From Octopus vulgaris (Eukaryota): DNA of 64,000 bases. The DNA lies in the NCBI GenBank assembly GCA_951406725.2, contig OX597815.1, positions 53,878,001 to 53,942,000 of the forward strand, given 5' to 3'. A program made the position numbers and the translations under genes. Within the stretch, counting starts at the first letter, position 1; each line of letters starts with the position of its first letter. This document shows positions 12,937 to 28,590 of the stretch, in pieces. A model generated the notes under the pieces. That model made no database searches. It had not been told where the DNA came from and saw nothing but the letters and a program-made list of their open reading frames with translations.

Positions 12937-14489
12937 TGTGTGCAGTTATTGATAGATAGATACATTATTTACATTATTTAAAATTGACGGATATTATTAT
13001 TATTATTGAAATAAAAATGAGAAAAACATATATTTGTAATTTCTACCTCAATGTTTCTTCAAATTTTTTTGTGGAAATGTCTTAAAAACTATTAAGCATA
13101 AAATGCCACAGAAATCAAATTTCAGCCTATTGTTAGTTTAGTAATTCTATTATGTATTCTATTATCTATATGCATAATTCAAGTGTCCTAATTTTCATCT
13201 TGAATACATCGTCGTCACTTTCAAAGCAATTCGTAGTTTGGGTAGTTGTTCACCGAGTAAGTAAGAATTCGTCACTGCACTTCGGTAGTCAGCAGTCACG
13301 TATTCCACTTGGAGCATTCCAAAGCAACATTATAGAACCCTCAGTTTTCTCTTGTTTCAAGCTGGTATATTATTATGATTATGTGAACGAAAGGGATTAT
13401 TAGACGAAGCTGAAAGGACGTTGAAAATATAACACCTCGGTGACGATATCCTCTGATAGGAATGTTAGCATATTAAATTTAAATGCATATGTATTCGCGC
13501 ATATGCTTTACAACGTACATATACATGTATATGGTTATCCTGATAGACAGATTCATGACTGATGGAATCTGAAGCAATTAGCAATGGTTCAATGACGTCG
13601 TTGAAAAGAATGAATGGCTTTATACATAGCGAAGACATATACATTCGTTATCCAATGCGAAACACTATTTGATAGTAACATATTTGTGGTTAACCATTTG
13701 ACAAACGATCAAGAAAATTTATGGTAACAATACCTAATCTTGCATGAATATATAAGTTCATCTATTGATCAGATAAACCTTGATAATATATCCAACATAA
13801 GCACAAAGACTGTATAAATTGATGCTAGTACTTGCTTGAATTATTTTATCAACAAGGACGAACGAAAGACAAATTGCCCCAGCAGCAGTTGAACGCAGAT
13901 CAGATCATAAAAAGATGTCTCTCAATTTTATCTGGTACTCCACAGTGTCAATCATCTACCATCTTACAAATTACTATTAATAATAATTCATAACATCGGA
14001 AAGGTAACAGTCGACTGGATGACTTCTTACAGAAGTACAAGGGCAGAAATTTCGAGAACGTGTATATTCGATTATACCAACCTTAATATTTTATTCGTAC
14101 TTTATTTTGTTCACCAAAGAATGGTAGGATGTGCAATTGATGGAATTTGCACTTGACACGTAAAATAATGCAACATATTCTATCCCAAGTTTTAAGGTTC
14201 GAATTCTGGCAAGTCACTGTATAAGTACATATATAACTACTTATATAGATGTGAATACACGACGTTCACGAGATTCTACAGGATTTCAAAGTAACTACAT
14301 AGATCGGGGGAGATAAATTTTATGCATTAGTCATGAATGTTTCCAAGAAATTGCTTTCACCACATATTAACCAATTCCTTAAATATATTATGCAAGAAGT
14401 CATACAAAGGATATTTATCCACCAAAGCATTAAGCACGCATTATCACTATTCGATAGTACATAGTATTATATATATATATATATATATA

Positions 14490-14698
14490 GTTAATCCAAA
14501 CAAGAAAGCACAAAAAAGCACAACAACGCGAGGACGTGGAACAAATATATTATTATTGGACGCACAGGAAAGAAGGAAAGAAAGAGGGTTTAACGTTTCG
14601 AGCAGAGCTCTTCGTCGGAAACATAGGAGAAGGAAAGATCCAGAGAAGGGAAGACAGAGGAAAAAAATCGCCAACGGTACACACGAGGTCACATTTTG

Positions 14699-14700
<2 letters not shown>
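14490..14700 (-). mobile_element. Penelope-like 3' fragment with minimal hammerhead motif, in (TA)n
   Basis: Minus strand GTTT-CCGACGA-A-GAGC-TCT-GCTC-GAAA-CG-TT|AAAC (~14588-14622). Flanked by TA tracts on both sides. Confidence 0.7.
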
Positions 14701-14746
<46 letters not shown>

Positions 14747-14847
14747 ATGCATAGTATGCGAATATATATATAACAGTATATGAAACTGATTATGAATTTA
14801 ATAATAATAATAATAATGATGATAATAATAATAATAAGAAGAAGAAG

Positions 14848-15587
<740 letters not shown>

Positions 15588-15600
15588 AAGAAGAAGAAGA

Positions 15601-16135
15601 AATAGCCACATGCTGTATCAGGCAGTGACTCTCATGATTTCTCAGCTTAAGTGATTGGAAGTATTGGTACATGTTTTGTCTTAGCATAAAAGATGGTTTA
15701 CAGCAAATATTCTACTCAATACCACTGATTTTCTTGTCAGTTCAGTATGTTTTTTAGTGACTGACAAGAAATGTATCCCTGATCCTGGGTAAGAGTATTG
15801 GGGGAACATGTATTGAGAGGAATTCTTTGGAATTTTGCATAATTCACCTCTGGCAACATGGATGTTTCGTCCATCATCCTTAAACAAACCTTATTGAAGA
15901 AATTTTGAGTGAGATAGGCTACTCGACCTGAAGAAAATTCTAACTAGGCCCCACCTGCAAGGTCATGCATTGTCTATCTTCATATGAAACCACAATGTCA
16001 TACATATATGGTTGTGATGCATATGACTGGTGTACCCTTATCAGACAGGTAGTCACGATTGGTGCATTGGGCTTTGTATATTTGTACCCCCGTGTTACTT
16101 TGATGGTATGCATTGCTCTCTCCCTCAATAATGAT
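15601..16135 (+). mobile_element. Probable 3' region of another (AAT)n-associated retroelement
   Basis: Higher-GC block between AAT/AAG tracts, ending CTCTCTCCCTCAATAATGATAAT. No recognisable protein motif. Confidence 0.35.
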
Positions 16136-16300
16136 AATTTGAAATAATAAAATCATAGTAGTTATATACAAGTAAAGAGATCTAAAGAATCTCTTAAACT
16201 GTAACTATTCAGACAAAGAGTAAAAAATGATACGTTTTTCTGTTTATAGAAATTATTAGGAATATAGAGGAAGAAAAATCATAGAGTAAGAAACGATAAC

Positions 16301-16362
<62 letters not shown>

Positions 16363-17643
16363 AAGAGGGAGATAAATAAAGAGAAAAATATTTTTTGTTG
16401 TGAGATAAAAATATAATATTTCCTTCACCGTAATATATTTCCTATATAATAATGAAATACGTTTATCATGGAATTTGAAATAACACCAAATTTTCCAGTC
16501 TTTACAGGCATTATGATTCAGCAGGTCTTTCGACTAGAATGTGAGACTTTCTCATTTAAAATAAACATCTATATAGATGTATATATATATATACATATAT
16601 ATATATTAGTGGATTATAATCCTTTCTTTTCTTCCTTTATCTCTATTTTTTCTCTTTCTCCCTCTCTCTCTCTTCTCTCCTTGTATACGAGTGTGTGCTG
16701 TAAAATTACTGGTTTTGGGCAAAATAAAATACAGGAGAATCAGTTAATTATGATTCTATTTAACATATTCCCTTCTCAGATTCACACACTCACCGCAGTG
16801 CAACTCACACCACAGGAAGATTGTCATTGATTCTTTGGGTTTTATTCAAATCACCTTATGGATGATCCTGAAACAGACTGCGCTTAGTTTCGTTCATATA
16901 TCGAAATTTGCAAAATTTACATTTGGTGAGATCAGTAACATAGAATTGATATTTGAACCACTTATTAACGTGCTATTGAAGAAAAAAGGGTGTGGCGGAG
17001 GAGAGAGAACACGAGTATTTAAAGTTGCCCGGCTGTATATTATAGAAACGAAGGGATGATTTTAGTTGAAACACAAACCTATGATTGAGAGAAGATAGAG
17101 ATAGTAAGTGGTGTCAAAGGAAATGAAATGAAAATTGTGGTAGATAGTTTGTTGATAAGCTCAGTGAGATGTAAAGCTTTGTAGAATGGGAATTCTGTCT
17201 TTTGTGTATAAATTTGGGGTAAATATGTAGAGTTTCTGTCAATGGCCTAGGCTCGTTAGTCTGTGAAGCTTATTTATGCTATAGGTGGAGGAAATATTGC
17301 ATTTGCTCGAATTTGGAAAGGAAATCCAAGTTTTACTGCAGTGGAGAATTTGTGAGATGGCAATAGCAGTTTTAGTCTAAGTAGTAGAAAAACCTGGAGA
17401 TAACAGTGTGATTCGCCGTGTTTATAATAAGCTATGGTGGGAATGTGAGCGCTCTGAATTGTGATACAGTGAGTGATGAAGATGACAGAAAATGAGAAAT
17501 AAAAGTATGTTAAAAGAGATGAAATGATGTTCTTTTATTTGTTAAATGGTGTTATAGCGCTGATATAGTACATCAATAGAATTTAGTGTGAGGTCCGGTG
17601 TACGAGGTGAAGATTTGATTCTGAATATGGTTCACGAAAGTTA

Positions 17644-17852
17644 AGGCGGCGAGTTGGGAAAATTGTTAGCCGGACAAAATGTTTAGCGGCATTTCATTCT
17701 CTGTGTTCTGAGTTAAAATTCTATCGAGCCCACTTTATCTTTCATCCTTTCAGTGTCCATAAAGTAAGTACCAGTTGAGTACTGCAGTCGATGAAATCGA
17801 CTTAATCCCTCCCCTGAAATTGCTGATCTTGTGCCAAAATTTGACATCAATA
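17644..17852 (+). mobile_element. tRNA-derived SINE (diverged)
   Basis: AGGCGGCGAGTTGG head, TTCATCCTTTC..AAGTACCAGTTGAGTACTG core, CTTGTGCCAAAATTTG tail. Confidence 0.8.
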
Positions 17853-18644
17853 TGATCCACAAAAGCTTGATATAACAGGGATACGTGTTAGTCTTTCCCT
17901 GGGGGAGGAACTATCGTGGATAAGGAAGTGTTCAATTAGGTTGAAAAGCATGATGATATATTCGTTATAAGATATTCTGATAACAATTGTAAATCATAAA
18001 AAGTGAATAAATGTACATCAATAAACCAGCAATTTTTACAAACCAAACCATTTTTATTGATTAATGGAATTACAAAGTTCAAGTTGTTGGAGATGAAATT
18101 GTCTCAATTTGTTAGCGATCTCTTATGAAAATAGGTCGAATAAAATGGGTTTTGTCTTCTAAAGTTCTTGAAAATCAACCAGATATGTGCTGAAATATTA
18201 ACTCTATTTCAAAATGTCATCGCTCAACCACACCTCCAGATATTTTAAACATGAAAATATAGAAGGCGCTAAAACCATTATCATTGTACTGCATCATTAA
18301 TAATTGGAACTCTAATTTAATTGGAAGCGTGGAGAATGAATATATCATTAGCAGCTGTTATTATTAGCAACAGTAGAATACGTTGTCATCGTCATCGTAG
18401 TAGTAGTGGTGTGATGGATAGGTAGTAGTATCAATAGTGTTGTTCATAAAATACCTCCCGATAACTTTTCACTCCTCAAATTTGATGAACTATATTCTGG
18501 TAAAGTACTTAGTTGAACTTATTCAACAGCTGCTTCTCTAGAAAAGTTGTGAGATTTTATGCCTATATGAGATATATTGTCTGACATTGTGCTCCCTCTG
18601 CATTCCATCCGACCTGAATAATAATGATTAAATCCTCAATAATA

Positions 18645-18850
18645 ATTATTTCTATTATAGGCACAAGGCCTGAAATTTTGCGGCAGAGCCTAGCCGATTG
18701 CATTGGTCCCGAGACTTGACGCCTTAAAATCATCGATGATAAAACTAATGATTTATTATATCGGCTTGAGGTCACACATTTGGTGGGAAAGATATAATTT
18801 AATAGACCAGGACCTGCATTGCTTAGTATTTATTTTATTGATCCCGGATC
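18645..18850 (-). mobile_element. SINE 3' fragments
   Basis: TAGGCACAAGGCCTGAAATTTTG is the reverse complement of the SINE tail seen at 4270-4300 and 23225-23255. Confidence 0.55.
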
Positions 18851-20138
18851 GATACACGGTAGACGAAATCGTAGTGAAATTTCTAAGGCGAACATAACAA
18901 TGCATATTGATAAATAGCATAGAATTGACTCCGATTCTGCGTATTCAGAACATTAATATTAATATTTCTTTATTTGCTACAAATCTTCCATTTATACGTA
19001 CAATAGAAATGCAAAGAAAGAAAAACGTAGAGATTCACTTAATACTTGTCTAAAAGTAGATAAAATTGTGTAGATGGACAAAACAAAGCTATTTAAAAAA
19101 TGTTGTATAAAAGATTTTATACAATGAACATAATAAAAATTTAATATCTATTTTAAAAATTCTACAATGAATGCACGATTATATAAAAGACTATAAATAG
19201 AAATAGGGTAACCAACTCATACACAATTCAGAACACAGGAGCTAGTGATATGATATTGTTCATCAAGTGATCTTCCTTCTAAACCAATCCCTGGTTGCAT
19301 AGATTTATATTTCTTATCTGAGTATGGCTTCATTCTTTAGGTAAATAACAGAGACCCGTTTATTTGAGGTTAAAGGATCGTAGGCAATCTTACCTTCTCA
19401 CTGTAATGTTTTTTATGAAAGAGCGGTCGGAAAGATTTGTATCCATTTTATTAAGGAGACCTCCGAAGTCAAAAGAAAACTTTATTTGTAATTGCGTGAC
19501 ATAGAGGAATCTGTGAATGTTTGGAAACGAAATTTTCAGAATCCTCCCTTTTTTCCTTGTTGTAGTTATCATCGTTGTTTGACAACTAGATGCCATTTGC
19601 TAGCTCGATCAGATAGAGGTTGATTTCGATCGAACGGGTTAGGATTAAATACATTATAGTAGTGAGCATCTTATAAAGGAAAGAGATTGGGGGAAATTAA
19701 TGAAGAACAATAAGGAGGAGAAAGGGGAGAAGAAAATGGAATGTGCAAATTAAAGGCAAGGATGGTGAAGAATACCGAATATTTAATCTTTGAAGAACAA
19801 GGGCTAAAAATCAGTAAGAATCACTATAAGAATAAAAGGAGGGAGTGGAGGTAGGAAATATTTTCGTGTACTGTAATTACGAACGACTATATTTGTTTGC
19901 TCCCTTTGCAAACATGCAAATTGTCTCAGTATTTTAAGACTAATAGCAGCGTCTTCTTCAGCATTTATTCAAATTATATTTCATGTTTTAGTTTTGCTTA
20001 ATCAAACGATTCTATGCGTTTTTCTTTCTCACTATTATCATAAAAATAATAAATGTACAAAAAATGCGCTCTTGGTAATTTCTGTCCGCAATAATATTAG
20101 AGCTACGACCTTAGATAATCATGTTTAATGTTAATCAT

Positions 20139-20440
20139 GTGGAAGCACATGATTAGAGCAGCGGACTCGCGGTCGAGGGAGCGCGGGTTCAAATCTCAGA
20201 CTGGGTGATGTGTGCGTTTATGAACGAAACACCTAAGCTGCACGCTGTTCCGGCAGAAGGTAATGGCGAACTTCTGCTGGCTCTTTCGCCAAACTTTCTC
20301 TCACTCTTTCCTCTTGCAGCTCACCTGCGACGGACCGGCGTCCCGTCCAGGATGGGGAACCTATACGCCAAGAAAACCGGAACTGGCCCTTATGAGCCAA
20401 GCGTGGCTCGAGAAGGAACAAACAAAACAACAACAACAAT
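20139..20440 (+). mobile_element. tRNA-derived SINE with V-SINE-like 3' domain and (AAC)n tail
   Basis: B-box GGTTCAAATC, CCTGCGACGGACCGGCGTCCCGTCCAGG motif, and AACAACAAC tail. Related to 33309-33540. Confidence 0.75.
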
Positions 20441-21468
20441 GTTAATCATACCGTAGCTAAAGTGTAAAAGGTGTATTGAAAAAAAGAAAACGAAAACCAG
20501 ATTTATGCCAGTGATGGAACGAAAGTAAAATGAAAAATTGTTGCGTGTTCAAGTACTATCGTTGCAAACCCAGGTCGTCAAGCAAGAAATGCAACAGCAG
20601 GAAATTCGAAACCTCTAAACAGTATTGTAGCTGTCATGTAACAGTTCTTTTGCCGATGAGTGAAGAGTAAATCGCTGAGTGAAACATTTAATAACATCTA
20701 ATTTTGCACTAGATCTCTAGTAATACACTGGAGTTTATGAAAATGTTTTCATTAAATATGTATGTGTCATGCATAAAGATAACAATGCTTGAAAAAAATT
20801 CAATAATTTGTAAAATTTTATTTCCCCAAAATTTCACAAAAGCCTAAATATTCACAAATAATATAATTTAAAGGAATATTTAGTATGAAGAAATTAAATG
20901 TTTAGAACAATTTTTTCCTTGGTTTTTATCAAAGGAAAATGCTTATGAGCAAAAAACAGTAAAAATGTTTCCTACATATTTCATGATAAATTTCCCGTCA
21001 TTAAAATATATTTCTATCGCGTTCGGACTGACTCTAGATGTATTTCCATCCCACAAGATCTGCTATATTAAAGGCAAACACCTACAACATTCTAACATTG
21101 ATGTAAATTGCACATAACGATGAATATTATTTAAGTCTATTTCATAACATTTAAAATAAACAGCTTTTCATAATATATTATAATAATGCAGCAAACTGTT
21201 ACAACTGGAGTTATATCCGCAGATACATATGGTTAAAATCCAACTTCAAAATCGTATAATGTTTGTCGCTGTAATTCAAAAATAATCCTTCAAATGAGTG
21301 TAACACACGCAAAACGTTGAAGACAAGATATATGATGATATGTTGAAGTAAACCAAAAGACAGATTTGTATGGTAAAAAGCATATTCATCGTCTGATGTA
21401 TTTTTAATAATCTATTGATCGACAGTCTATTAATGTTCCTTATCTCTTCATTTCTCTAAGTCTCCCAC

Positions 21469-21509
<41 letters not shown>

Positions 21510-22632
21510 TATGTATACATACATACACAATATACTATACATAAATGCATATATACATATGCACACGCACACAAGCATATACACAAACATAGAAGGAATT
21601 AAGGAGAGAGATGACGAATGTTATGTACATGTGTGCTTGAGTTAGTGTGTTTACGTCTGTGAGCCGTATATACATTGTTACGTGCTCATTGTGCACGAGA
21701 TTTAATCTGGGGGACTAGGCCATCAAACTCTATTTCCCTTTCATGTAATTAAATGCATTTTTTGTTAGCTACGGTTTCAATTAGTGAGAAACATAAATAG
21801 AACCCAATACAAAATTTAAAAAAATATAAAATGATTAAAAGTATTGATTGAATATTAGCATCTGTGTTATTGTGTCTCATTGATTTAAATATTTACCAGC
21901 TTCACATTATCTGAACTATATATAAATTAGTCGTATCTATGTGATTAACTACTTCCTGCCGTAACATGACAATATTCTTAATACAAATCACAGCATTTTC
22001 CTTTGGGAGTATAGGTTTGAAGTTAATTGAATAAATTGAATTGTTACACTTTGTAAGTATCGCAACTAAATTAGTCGATTTTCACAGCTAAAGAACATTA
22101 CCTTGCTTGAGAACACCTTTAAAGTATCACACACTTAAATGAAACAAAGAGCACTGACTGTCTTGAATAGAGTGGTGGGTAGCATATATAATGTAGAGGA
22201 GTGTATGATGTTTTTAGAACCTTCAGAATGACCGTGCAACACAATTTTTCTCTTAATAAACAAATGTTTCAGATAATATTGTTTCAATGTTTCACTTAAA
22301 TTTGAACTTTAAACGCGTCGTTTAAGTGCTGAAAATGTGTATTAAATGTTTTTTAAAACTATGTCACCGGTAGACAAAAGGAAATGCAATTTAAACGAAA
22401 GAAACAGCAATCAAATTGAAGTGTAGCAACCAATGATTCTCAGGATCAACTCGTTATTCTTCTCACTTAATTTTGCATAACCCGAACACTTTGTTCCAAT
22501 TTAATATAAAGTTATAAATGATACTATAGTAGTTTACTATTGACAAGGAATCACCAGCAAAATACATTGGAATTAATTTATTATAACAACCTGTTTGAGA
22601 GTGATGAGAACTGATTTATAATAATATTAGTC

Positions 22633-23268
22633 AGGACGGAGATGACAGAATCATTAGCACACCGGGCAAAATACTTATCGGCATTTCGTCCGTTTTTACG
22701 ATCTGAGTTCAAATTCCGCTAAGGTCGACTTTGCCTTTCATTCTTTAAAATAAGTACCAGTTGAATACTAGGGTCAATATAATCATCTTAACCCCTCCCC
22801 CGAAAGTGCTGGCCTTGTTCCAAAATTTGAAACGAATATTTTAATTAGGGGAAGATGAATCGTTAGGACGCTGGCAAAATGCTTGACTATTTTTCGTCCA
22901 TTCTTATGCTTTGAGTTCAAATTCTGCTGAAATCGACTTTACATTTCACCCTCCGGGATCAATGATGTCACTACCACTTCAGCACTGGTATCATTGTGGT
23001 GGACTTATCCACTCCTCCAAAATTGTTAGTCTTGTGCAAATATTTGAAAACAATATAAGGCGGCGAGCTGGCAGAAACGTTAGCACGACAAGCAAAATGC
23101 TTAGCAGTATTTCGTCTGTTTTACGTTCTCAGCTCAAATTCCGCCGAGGTCGACTCTGCCTTTCAGGGTAGATAAATTAAGTACAAGTTGAATACTGGGG
23201 TCGATCTAAACGACTGGCCCCCCTCCCCCAAAATTTCAGGCCTTTTGCCTAGATTAGAAATGAATATT
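22633..23268 (+). mobile_element. Three head-to-tail SINE copies (~22633-22835, ~22848-23055, 23058-23268)
   Basis: Three successive TTAGCAC/TTAGGAC..AAAAT(G/A)CTT..GAGTTCAAATT/GCTCAAATT..TCGACT blocks, each ending in a tail variant. Confidence 0.85.
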
Positions 23269-24262
23269 TGAAAGCAATATTTTAGTCAGGAGGGAAGCCA
23301 GTGCACATGACATTCTAGAAGTTCTTAGAGATTAGTGGGTGGTGAGGAAACCTATCCAGAACGTTGTTGCAAACTAAATACCGTTAAAGCCACAAAAGGA
23401 ACAAAGTGGAGGTATTAAACTAGAAAATAGGTGAATTCAACAGCGCAAATGGTTCCTAAGAATTTGTTCTTAATTAACAAAAAACAGAGGCATTCAGTCT
23501 TGGTTCATGCATTTCCACCAGTCAACCACCTTTTTTTTATCGGCCACTGAAACAGTGAAAGACAAAGTTAGCATTGCCAGGATTCGAAATCAGAGTCGCA
23601 GATTGTCTGAAAAAATTATTTTGTATTATTTTTCCACTGTTCTAAACAATTTGCCGCATGTGAATTGTATTTCTAATTTTTTAATTTGAAATTTCCTATT
23701 ATTAAAAGTAAAAGGATTTTCTTCAACGGAAATAAATAAATAAAAAGCTGAAAAACCTATTATTAACTTGAGACCGAATGAAATTACAATTTCTGCTTTT
23801 GTTTATTATTTTTATCGATTACCTATTTGGAACTCATTTAAGGAAGCAAAGTCCTCGCTTCGATTTCTCCTACTACAAGTATTTCTTTATATGAAAACAA
23901 AAAACTACATTATATCTATCTATCTATCTATCTATGAAGCATCGAAAGAAAACTTGAATCGAAATTCTTGTATTTTTCAAGTAAATAGTGAAATATAAAT
24001 ACATCGTATTCTGGAGTCTCTCAAAGAAAAGATTTATGAGAAAGTGAATCTGAAGAGGTTTTGTAATTGCAGTTCAAGTATTAGTAAACGTCGAAGGATT
24101 TCAAATCGGATTACATACATATATACATGAATACATACTCTCACACATACATACACACATAAATACATACGTTCGCACATACATGCATATACATATATAT
24201 ACAATACATATATACACACATGCACTCACGTACACACACACTCACTTGCGCACGCAAGCATT

Positions 24263-24304
<42 letters not shown>

Positions 24305-25064
24305 GGTGCCCCAGCATGGCCACAGCACGTGAGGTGAAACTAGATAAAATAAAATAAATATATATATATATATATGCATATACGCACACACACACACACA
24401 CACACAGGTAGACAGATACACGAATACTTATATTTACACGCACATGATATTTTGATATTTACATGCTTAAACAGAATCCAAATTATCACATGCCGTCTGG
24501 CAATAAATGCCAAACATATAATCTAGAAATCACGAGGCACAAGTGTAGCACTCTTACTCATGTACGAAACACATGGATAAAAACATGAGCATTCATTGTA
24601 AAGGTGAAAATATATCTAAACATAAATACAGATTGCATAAAAAAATATCCAAATTCTACAGCTTTCATGTAGTCTATAAGGGATGGCATACTCGATATTT
24701 TAACAATGGTAATGGTTTTATATAAGGCATTAAGAAATGCGATATAAAAATATATGTTTATTGCATGGATAAATGCATAAGCTGTGTTATCACAAATATT
24801 TTATTGCGTATTGATTTTATACCCTGGAAATCCACAAAACAGTCTATTCTTTTAAATCATACAGAAATAAGAAACTTCATTGATATTTCTTATCAACCGA
24901 AAATATATGAATTTAATCTTTAAACATATGCGTTTTTTCAATATTTTTGGCATAATTTTCTGATTATTATTATTATTATTATTATCATTATTATTATTAC
25001 TCACGCTTTTCGTATTTTCTCTCTGTTTACCTTAGTGAGGAGTTACGTCAGTCTTTTTAAAATT

Positions 25065-25098
<34 letters not shown>

Positions 25099-25938
25099 TC
25101 TTGATCCCTTAATTTAGAGGCTAAAATAAATATACCATTTGCAAGGATTAGCATTTGGCTAAGAAATTCCACTTAAACCTACCTTGTACATTCAGGTACG
25201 ATCTCACTACGAAGTACCTTGTTCTACTATAGGCTGTGCTCCACCACTGTCTTGTATATTAACCTGGATAGTCGAAAACTGTGGTGATAACACATACATA
25301 CACACACACATATACACGTACAACCCTCTGTATAAATGTTACACACCAACAGATGTTCACGCACACACACACGAACATTCATCATTGACATTGGGAGAAG
25401 CATTAGTACCCAAAAACTCTCTATGTATCTCAAGTATCGTGGATATACTAAAGGAAACCCACAACACAGCTGTATTCGTCTTCAGAAGGCATCATTTATA
25501 TACATATAGAGCTCAAAAGCACAGACGTATTAGTAATAGCTGATAAATGTCCAGTGCCGTTGGTGGAACTACTAGATAACGTGATTTCTGAATATTTGCG
25601 TGCCATCGATAAGAAGTACATACGCATGTTTAGACAAATTTCCTCTTTATTGATATATACGAAACAATGACTAAATAGCCACTGGTGTTGTAAATAGCTG
25701 CTGGACTGGGTAAATATTAGTTATTAGTGAACACACACAAGCATACACTTGCACACATACAAACATAGACACACACACACACATACAAACACAGACACAG
25801 ACACACACAAACATACATCTGGGGTCAAAGATCACTGATATATTTTGGCATCTAACCTGTGTCAGCCTACCTTAACAGTCTCTACAACATCCCTCTGAAG
25901 TTTGCCATATAATTCTGTTGCCAATAACTTTCACCTAT

Positions 25939-26079
25939 AGGCGCAGGCATAGCCGTGTGGTAAGAAGCTTGCTTCCCAACCACATGATTCAGTTCCACTG
26001 CGTGGCACCTTCGGCAAATGTCTTCAACTATAGCCTCGAGCCGAGTGTATTTGGTGAAGGAAACTGAAAGAAGCCTGTC

Positions 26080-26129
<50 letters not shown>

Positions 26130-26281
26130 ATACATAAAAGAGGCCGGCAACAGGTTGCTTAGCCACATACCGAAAGATTAGAAATAGCAGTCAAAGACTG
26201 TTTATTTTTATTTTTTACAAATGAGACTCCACATACGACATATCCCTGTAATTCACATATGCAAAACATATTATTTACTCT

Positions 26282-26329
<48 letters not shown>

Positions 26330-26346
26330 AGAGTAAATAATATCTT

Positions 26347-26387
<41 letters not shown>

Positions 26388-26404
26388 AGAGTAAATAATA
26401 TCTT

Positions 26405-26448
<44 letters not shown>

Positions 26449-26463
26449 AGTAAATAATATCTT

Positions 26464-26495
<32 letters not shown>

Positions 26496-26511
26496 CAATA
26501 TATAAATATAT

Positions 26512-26569
<58 letters not shown>

Positions 26570-26762
26570 GTTTGTCTCTCTACCATCGCTTAACAACCAA
26601 TCTTGGTGTGTTTTACGTCACCGTAACTTAGCGGTTCGGCACAATCGATTGATAGAATATGTACCGGGCTTACAAAGAATATTTCCAGGGGTTGATTTCT
26701 TCGACTAAAAGGTGATACTCCAGCATGACCACAGTCAAAATGACTGAAACAAGTAAAAGAAT
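25939..26762 (+). mobile_element. CORE-like SINE with internal (TA)n, expanded by an inserted fragment and a minisatellite
   Basis: Head AGGCGCAGGCATAGCCGTGTGGTAAGAAGCTTGCTTCCCAACC...GGAAACTGAAAGAAGCCTGTCG(TA)n. Body resumes at ~26565 and ends CCAGCATGACCACAGTC..TGACTGAAACAAGTAAAAGA. Confidence 0.8.
26327..26520. repeat. Minisatellite: ATAAGAGTAAATAATATCTTTATATATACA(TA)n, ~3.5 units of ~58 bp
   Basis: Direct repeats visible at ~26327, ~26385 and ~26444, plus a degenerate fourth unit. Confidence 0.9.
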
Positions 26763-27474
26763 ATCCACACTACATCCCAATATTCCCGACTATCGTGTTA
26801 CCACCTGAGGTTTTGTTGCTTATTGTTTATTGTTTTTCCATCACCCTAATTACTGCTGCCATCAACATCATCATCATCATCATCACCAGCAGCAGCAACT
26901 TTAGAAGAAAATTGATAAAGAAACTAAAACTGTTTTTGTGAATCTCACTATTTTTGCTTCTGTTATTTGGTGATTAGAAGTTTATACGGATGTGTGTTTA
27001 TGTGTGTAACTCAAACATATGAGTAGGGATTTCCAAACTTTCGAATAATTAGTATATTTTTCACAGTGCATCTCACTGATACAATGGAGCCGTGGTCAAA
27101 ACGGGCTTGAGGTGTAGAATCTATTACATGACAATACCTAACTTTTGCTGCTAATATATGTAAAGAAACAAATTGATATTCCCTTACGTAATCATTGTCC
27201 TTACGTCATTGGCTGAAATGGCTTTAACGCAATTTACAATAATTTTCTCCTAAAGTATAAAAATAACTAGACCGTAAGTAAAAACACTGAGCATAATATA
27301 TTTAAAGTTAGTAGTCATATCAAAACCATTTGGTCTGCAACATATAAATCAGGACTATCTGCTTTGAGCTCTGTAACTGCTCACTTGAAATTAATTGCAT
27401 CATAGCTAAGGATAGGTGCGTAAATATTGTTTCCACTAGCAATAACTCAAAAGTTTACTCGTTTTTTGAAACTA

Positions 27475-27785
27475 AAGTGTCATAACTGACCATGGGATGC
27501 ACCACGAAACTTTCTCTCCGAGGTGCAAATCCGGGAGAGTTTGTATATGGAAGATCAGCAGTTGTCTATTCATACCAGCTGCCCCTCTTCACGCCACTGA
27601 TGTTATCCAAGGGAAAAGCAAAGGCCGATATAGCTTGGCACTAGTGACGTCGCAACTCATTCCTACAGCTGAATGAACTAAAGCAGCGTTAATTAAAGCG
27701 TTTTGCTCATGAACAGAACTCAAAGCCCGGTCCGGGAATCGAATTCACTACCTTATGGTTGTAAGCCCAACACTTTAATCACTTT
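27475..27785 (-). mobile_element. tRNA-derived SINE
   Basis: Minus strand shows B-box-like AATTCGATTCCCGG, CORE-like TTCATGAGCAAAACGCTT and a CAGCTGTAGGAATGAGTTGCGACG segment. Confidence 0.65.
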
Positions 27786-28426
27786 CATATTCAGTTTATA
27801 TTTGTAAACACACAACTTTAGAAACTATAACAGAAGCAAATTACTTTAGCTTGGTTAAAAGTAAAATACATCTTTACAAATGAGGTATACTTTCTACATC
27901 TTAAGTATAAGAGAGAGAATAACCTCTGAAATTTTGCTAAACTGCATTACTCAACTGCCATTCCGAAAAGATTCCAACTTTATCCACAGAAAGTTCTATC
28001 ACTTTTACAAATTAACCCTCTTTCCATATAGATGCACGTTAATCAATGTGTTCACGCATTATAATTTCCGTTATTCCATTTATGAAACATTTCACGTTTT
28101 CAATTCTTCTCTTGTCTAATACGTCATCATTAGTTACAGTTCTATATGAGGTAGTTCTTATTTGGTCAAATTACACATTTAATGGGATGACTCTCTTCAT
28201 TTTTCGCATGTGATAGAACCTCTCAGTGAAACATGAATATGCTAGAGTAATACAAGGTTGTATGCGAGGAGGGGGTACTAAATAAGATGAAGTAAATTAA
28301 AATAAAATTATATAAAGTTTTATAAAAGAAAAAAACTCAGATAGTTAAATAGTATTTGAAGTCTTGTGCTGCAACTTAAATGTTCAGATTCACAATTTTT
28401 ACTTCGGGATTTTGATATTCGATATT

Positions 28427-28590
28427 AGGCACAGGAGTGACTGTGCGGTAAGAAGTTTTCTTCTCAAGCACAGAGTGTCGGATTCAGTCCCACTGAATGG
28501 TGCTGTGGGCAAGTGTCTTCTATTATAGTTTCGGGCCCATCAAAGCCTTGTCTGTGGGTTTGACGGAAACTAAAAGTAGCCTGTTGTATA
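28427..28590 (+). mobile_element. SINE head (same family as 25939)
   Basis: AGGCACAGGAGTGACTGTGCGGTAAGAAG..TTCAGTCCCACTG..GGCAAGTGTCTTCTATTATAG..ACGGAAACTAAAAG. Confidence 0.8.

Noticed and set aside
26327-26520. Repeat-spacer pattern as a CRISPR array (also 53390-53600)
   Set aside because: The spacers are (TA)n or identical sequence, the context is eukaryotic, and there are no cas genes.
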